DNA from: Tubulanus polymorphus
Taxonomy: Eukaryota > Animalia > Nemertea
NCBI RefSeq assembly: GCF_964204645.1
Contig: NC_134026.1
Location: 27,624,150-27,688,149 of the forward strand
Direction: 5' to 3'
DNA length: 64,000 nucleotides
Made by a program: the position numbers and the translations under genes. The notes below the pieces were generated by a model. That model had not been told where the DNA came from and did no database searches. It worked only from the letters and a program-made list of their open reading frames with translations. This document shows positions 59,301 to 64,000 of the stretch, piece after piece (the first letter of the stretch is position 1; the number at the start of each line of letters is the position of its first letter).

Positions 59301-62300
59301 TCACCAAGTATGCTTTTGCATCGAATGCTGGCACATTAAGATCTGGTCGATTATATTTCTCCAGTTCTTTAGTGAGATTCGTACGTGGCGTTTGCGTGGA
59401 CACAATCGGAGGATATCCATACTCCTGCAGATCTAACTGTTTCGTGAGAATCATAGGCCGAAGAACTCGATCACTGGATACTGTAATACACAAATACAGA
59501 GAACATACCATCAATATCGAGCTGCCCAGCAGCAGCGGCCATTTCTGTATATCCTTATCAGTTTGTCAGAAAGAATTAGTTATTAATGTAATAGAAATTG
59601 TCTCTGGAATTCTATCAGTTTTTTTGCTTTTTCACTCCAATTATAGCAAATATTTCCAATGTAATGTACTTAAAATGATTATCAACGAGTAACATTTAAC
59701 GAAACAATCAACAACAATCAAACTACAAAATATTTACCCGTAAAAGATTTCAAACCCTTAGCGCGATGATTAAATGTATGCATATGCCTGCAATGCACCA
59801 CCCCAAATAAACTGTTCATAAAGTTGCTGTCAGCGAAAGCAGTTGCGACAAGAGTTGATGTATTGATCGTTGGTATTTTTACATGCGCCCATCATAAGCG
59901 CATAAGTTATACAGCCTTTTGAAATCTTTTATTTCAAAATCATGACATCATACATATTAATGTTGTTTTGCAGCGAAGCCTGAGGCCAGTTTAATAAAAT
60001 CAATCTGATAACACTTTTTGCCTAGTGGGGAAACAGTTTACAATGGTTTCTCGAATGATCATTTCGAATGAAACTTTTTCAAAATCAAGTCTTCCAATAG
60101 TATGTGTTACACAATATTCTACGAAATTAAAATGATGTGGAATCTTTAGTCGAAAGCCTTATAGATTTTGGATGCGGTCGTTACAGTTACGTACCTAATT
60201 TGTTAATGAAGTAATGGTTGAATTGAGTACGAAATAATGTTGTAAAACAATTAATGATTTTCATTATCAGAGTAGAATCAGATTTTAAGTTATACGATAT
60301 GTCATTATGTTATTTTCTTGGTATATAAGAAGCGTACTTTAAAATTCAAATTCCACCATTAATTCGCTGACACGTGTAAAATGCCATTGATTTTTTTCAT
60401 CATTCGCCGCAATGAAACATTTTCATGTAGAAATCAATGTCGATGTAGTTATTCATAGAAACAAACAGCAACACTTCGAACTTTACAAAGAGCCGAAAGG
60501 CAAAGCTTCTTATTCATATCAGACGATAGGATTGCACAGCGCGAAGTCAACTGATACGTATGATGATGATATGTGTTCCATGGCATCGACATTAAAAATA
60601 TTCGCCGCTAAAGTTTCTTTGATTTATTCTAAAACGCGAGTAAACTTGCATAAAACAGCCACACCTAAAAATGACGCATTTCCTTTTTAACGAAATAGTC
60701 TCCGCGCTGCAGTTCGATGAATCAAAACCATTTTAACTGACTGGGCTGCAGATGTCATGATTCGATAGCGGGTAAATAAATTCCAAGCATGCAGGAAAAT
60801 ATAACTAAAAGCTAACTATATATGTTGACCAATTGAAATATCACAAAATATTGGAGATGACGAAAACGAAATCCGTTTTTGAGTTACTATATATAGATGG
60901 CTTTAGAACATTAACCTATTCACCTTGATTATGGAAAATGTCGGGCTCAAAATGAGAAAGGGCTTAACTTTCCCCTAAATTGAGGATAACAAATGATTAG
61001 AAAATTTCTAGATCAAGATGTTTAGAAATTTGCCTTGCAATTCAAAAAGCATGTCAATTGTTGTTATGGGTAAAAAGATTTTCAAAGGATGCTTGATTAG
61101 TCATCAAAATGGAGATGCTTCCATTTATGCTGCCAATCATTTACTGGCAGTTAAAATATTTCACTTTCAAAGTGTTCTTTATTGGGTGTGATTACGCGCG
61201 TATAATTGGTGAATTTTAGTTCATTCATATGAAACCCAGAATTCAAAAATACCAACCAGCAGACTGGGCAGCCAGTGCTGCAACTTCTTTATCATCACAC
61301 GCCACCAGCATCGCTTTAGTTTGAGCTGTGGGACCCGGGATAAGCACGAGATGCACGGAGCCTAAACCACAATGAAAAGACAACACCAAATATGTAAAAA
61401 AGGGTGAAACTAAAAAGAATTGCTTGTATACCAAAAAATAAATCTACATGTACCAGAATGACCAGGATTAAATTTCAATGGGACTTTGGAATTGGCCAAA
61501 AAAAATATAAATACACATGAAGGGAGCTGAAACCTTAATTCACTAATCATCCTGATCACTCTTAGAGCCATACTATAGGTGGAGAAAACATGAAACACCA
61601 ATGAAATGTAGGGCAGGTTGAAAAAAAACAAAACAAGACACCGATGCACACTAATATATAGGTAGCCATTTATAGACTTTTGCGGTTGAATCTTACATTC
61701 TTTAGAGGGTTCTTGCTTGCTTGATTGAAGTAGGAATTGCTCGTGGTATTCTGATAAATCAAACAAATCATAAACGTTTGAGTTAACCCTGGCAGACGAA
61801 CTAACGAAGATTTTTTTTCAAATAACGAGTCGTTAAGGTAATCGTGACAAAACATTTACACTGTGGAACGAATGAATGAATTTATCATTCAGGAATTTCA
61901 TCACAATTTACACAACTACAAAATGTCCCAAATACGAGACAGCTATAAATGGAAAAAAATTAACGAAGATGAATCAGGATAAACCATGATCCGTAATGCT
62001 GAAAAATAACGAAGTTCATTAATTTCAGTTTAATTAGTAAAAAAAAGTTGATGATGAAGTACAAGTTGACTGAACACGAATGAAGCACTGTGATTGGGCG
62101 ACAATTTTGAATATTTTTTCAGTGAATTTTCAACACATCTCTTGCGTGTAAAAACGTCCATGCGTAGAATTATCCTTTAAAAATGTCAGCATCAAAAGTC
62201 AAATTTCTTATCGAATGGAATCTTATCTTAGCATACATCTAGTGAATTGCGTGGTAAATGATCTTTATTCATTAGTGAAAAATTCTAAACGTTGCTCCGG

Positions 62301-64000
62301 ATTTTCTGTCAACATAAGGATGAATTTCTGTGATTGAATATCTTCAGACGCATCGTGAAAATACATCAATAGTTTAACATAATAAATCTTATACAACAGA
62401 AATCTATATATATTTTTCTAGTTTCCAATAACATTCTAAAATCAACTAGAATGAATATATCATATCCGTTTATTGCTAGTACCCAAAAAACTTAAAATAC
62501 AATGTTAACAGGAAATGTATGCCCAAAAGATAATACATTGACTTGAGAAATTCTATTTTTAGCCTAACTAAAGAATATGATCAGAATTAGATTGGTTAAA
62601 ATCAAAATTTTATACATATAAAAATTTTCATTCAAAGAGTGAAACGCATTCCTAGTATTTTATCATATTTGCACATGTTTCGGTGAATTCCGACATGGCA
62701 ACACATTTATAACCTACCAGCAATGCGTTGAGCAAAAAGTCTAAATTCTGAAAGTAAAAAATCATTATTCAACACAACCAAAAACTGAAAACTTCACTCA
62801 CGCTGTACACCATACGGCAGGGTCAGGAGTGTGCTAACTTTCATTTGATACAAAAACAAAACGTCAAATCAAAAAAAAAAACAAAAAGTCTATCAGTAGT
62901 AATAGAATGGGTAGTAGGTATTTTGTATACTGTTCCTACCAGATTTTGCTTGTTGAGCTTTCATTGTAACCAGTTTTCCCATAGCTGCTATTGGACAACC
63001 AGACAAACTGAAATGATAGTATAACATACAACGTGGAAACATCTATACATTATAAACCAACCAACTAATCAGTAAAATTCAGATCCGATAACTAGTACCT
63101 TCTGTGTGAATTTCTATTACTGTTTACATGACCACGGCCACTACATCCAGGAGTTGGACACCTAAACAAAAAACCTTGTTTTCTATATGGTGAATATACA
63201 TTATGCATCTATGATGTTTTTTTGCTAAAAAAAAAACTACAACCGTATTGACAATACATGAAAGGTGTTAAAAGCTATACATTATTGATCTTGAAAGAAA
63301 ATTCTTCAAACACAGAAATCAAAATAATTTTAAATTTCTTCAGGCTACATAATACAGATCAAAGGGATGACATTTCTTCATTTCATATACTGATGACATT
63401 GATCATATCTCCCTCCCATTATAGCTGACATGCAAAGAAATTCCTCACAATTTCTTAAGTGAATCAACAAAAATAGAAAGATTTATCGCTGATTCATAAC
63501 ATCAGTCACTTACCCTACTTGTTGCTCTTGTCGAACAGCTTGGAGAACTGAAATTAATAAAATACAAAAATTAGTCATATCTGTCAGAAATATGATATCA
63601 AAGAAATAATTTCACAAGAAGGATAAGACTTCAATTAGTTTTATAGCTCAAAAATGAATATTCAGTTCAATGAAAAATGTTGAGCTGTTTATCTTGCTTT
63701 AAGATTCCTAAAAATCAATTTTTCATGATAGCTCTACAGGCCCAGAGGGTTAACTAGGTGTGGTTCACAATAACTTCATCAACAATTTGCACACGGCCAA
63801 TTTTAAGTACCCGGTAGATTTATAAATACATATGAATGTAGAAATTGAAATTGTTTCTTCTGCCACGATAAGAGTCTAAACAGCTATACAGTTGATATGT
63901 ACATATTTGTACATATATATGTCATGTCATTCATCCCAGTTGCAAAGATTTATCTAATCCAATAAAAGGAATCACTAGTAATGCAGTACTCACCTTCTGC
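53381..64000 (-). CDS. MYT1: Myelin transcription factor 1 family (MYT1/MYT1L/ST18) CCHHC zinc-finger transcription factor, 3' part; the 5' end lies beyond the window
   Basis: Exons include about 63508-63453, 63161-63099, 63007-62939, 61361-61257, 59480-58694, 58290-58069, 57592-57470, 57010-56948, 56089-55964, 55750-55590, 53769-53381. Five CPxPxCxGxGH...HRSxSGCP fingers, MYT1-domain motif [13 protein letters not shown], and C-terminal coiled coil [11 protein letters not shown]...[10 protein letters not shown]. Stop at 53381-53383. Confidence 0.93.

Noticed and set aside
62815-62860. Resemblance to the U6atac 5' region on the minus strand
   Set aside because: It lacks the GGAGAG box and the remaining snRNA sequence; likely a chance match.

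Overview
This is AT-rich animal (most likely invertebrate) genomic DNA with spliceosomal introns, mostly about 70-110 nt long. It is not prokaryotic, and no CRISPR array, rRNA or intact tRNA is visible. Ten protein-coding genes alternate strand perfectly: Deltex E3 ligase (+, 5'-truncated), ARMC5 (-), FET-family RNA-binding protein (FUS/EWS/TAF15/cabeza, +), COPS5/CSN5 (-), BIG1/2 Arf-GEF (+), RPL23A (-), Orai Ca2+ channel (+), L3MBTL (-), PCMTD (+) and MYT1/ST18 (-, 5'-truncated). Four of the pairs are head-to-head. Exon models were assembled by hand from GT/GC-AG boundaries and reading frame. The most interesting signals are post-transcriptional: (1) a 35-nt frameshifting FET exon between unusually long introns, matching human FUS exon 7 in size and phase; (2) a stop-containing candidate poison exon in RPL23A intron 1 whose 5' splice site is buried in a sense-strand RNA stem, next to a hairpin cluster with fused Pol III A/B boxes; (3) an inverted-repeat-flanked candidate exon that would extend the PCMTD N-terminus; (4) in-frame cassette microexons in ARFGEF and MYT1; (5) Pol II CTD-like motifs in ARMC5; (6) interleaving of two vertebrate paralogon groups that switches only at tail-to-tail junctions. 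All regulatory interpretations are untested inferences from sequence.
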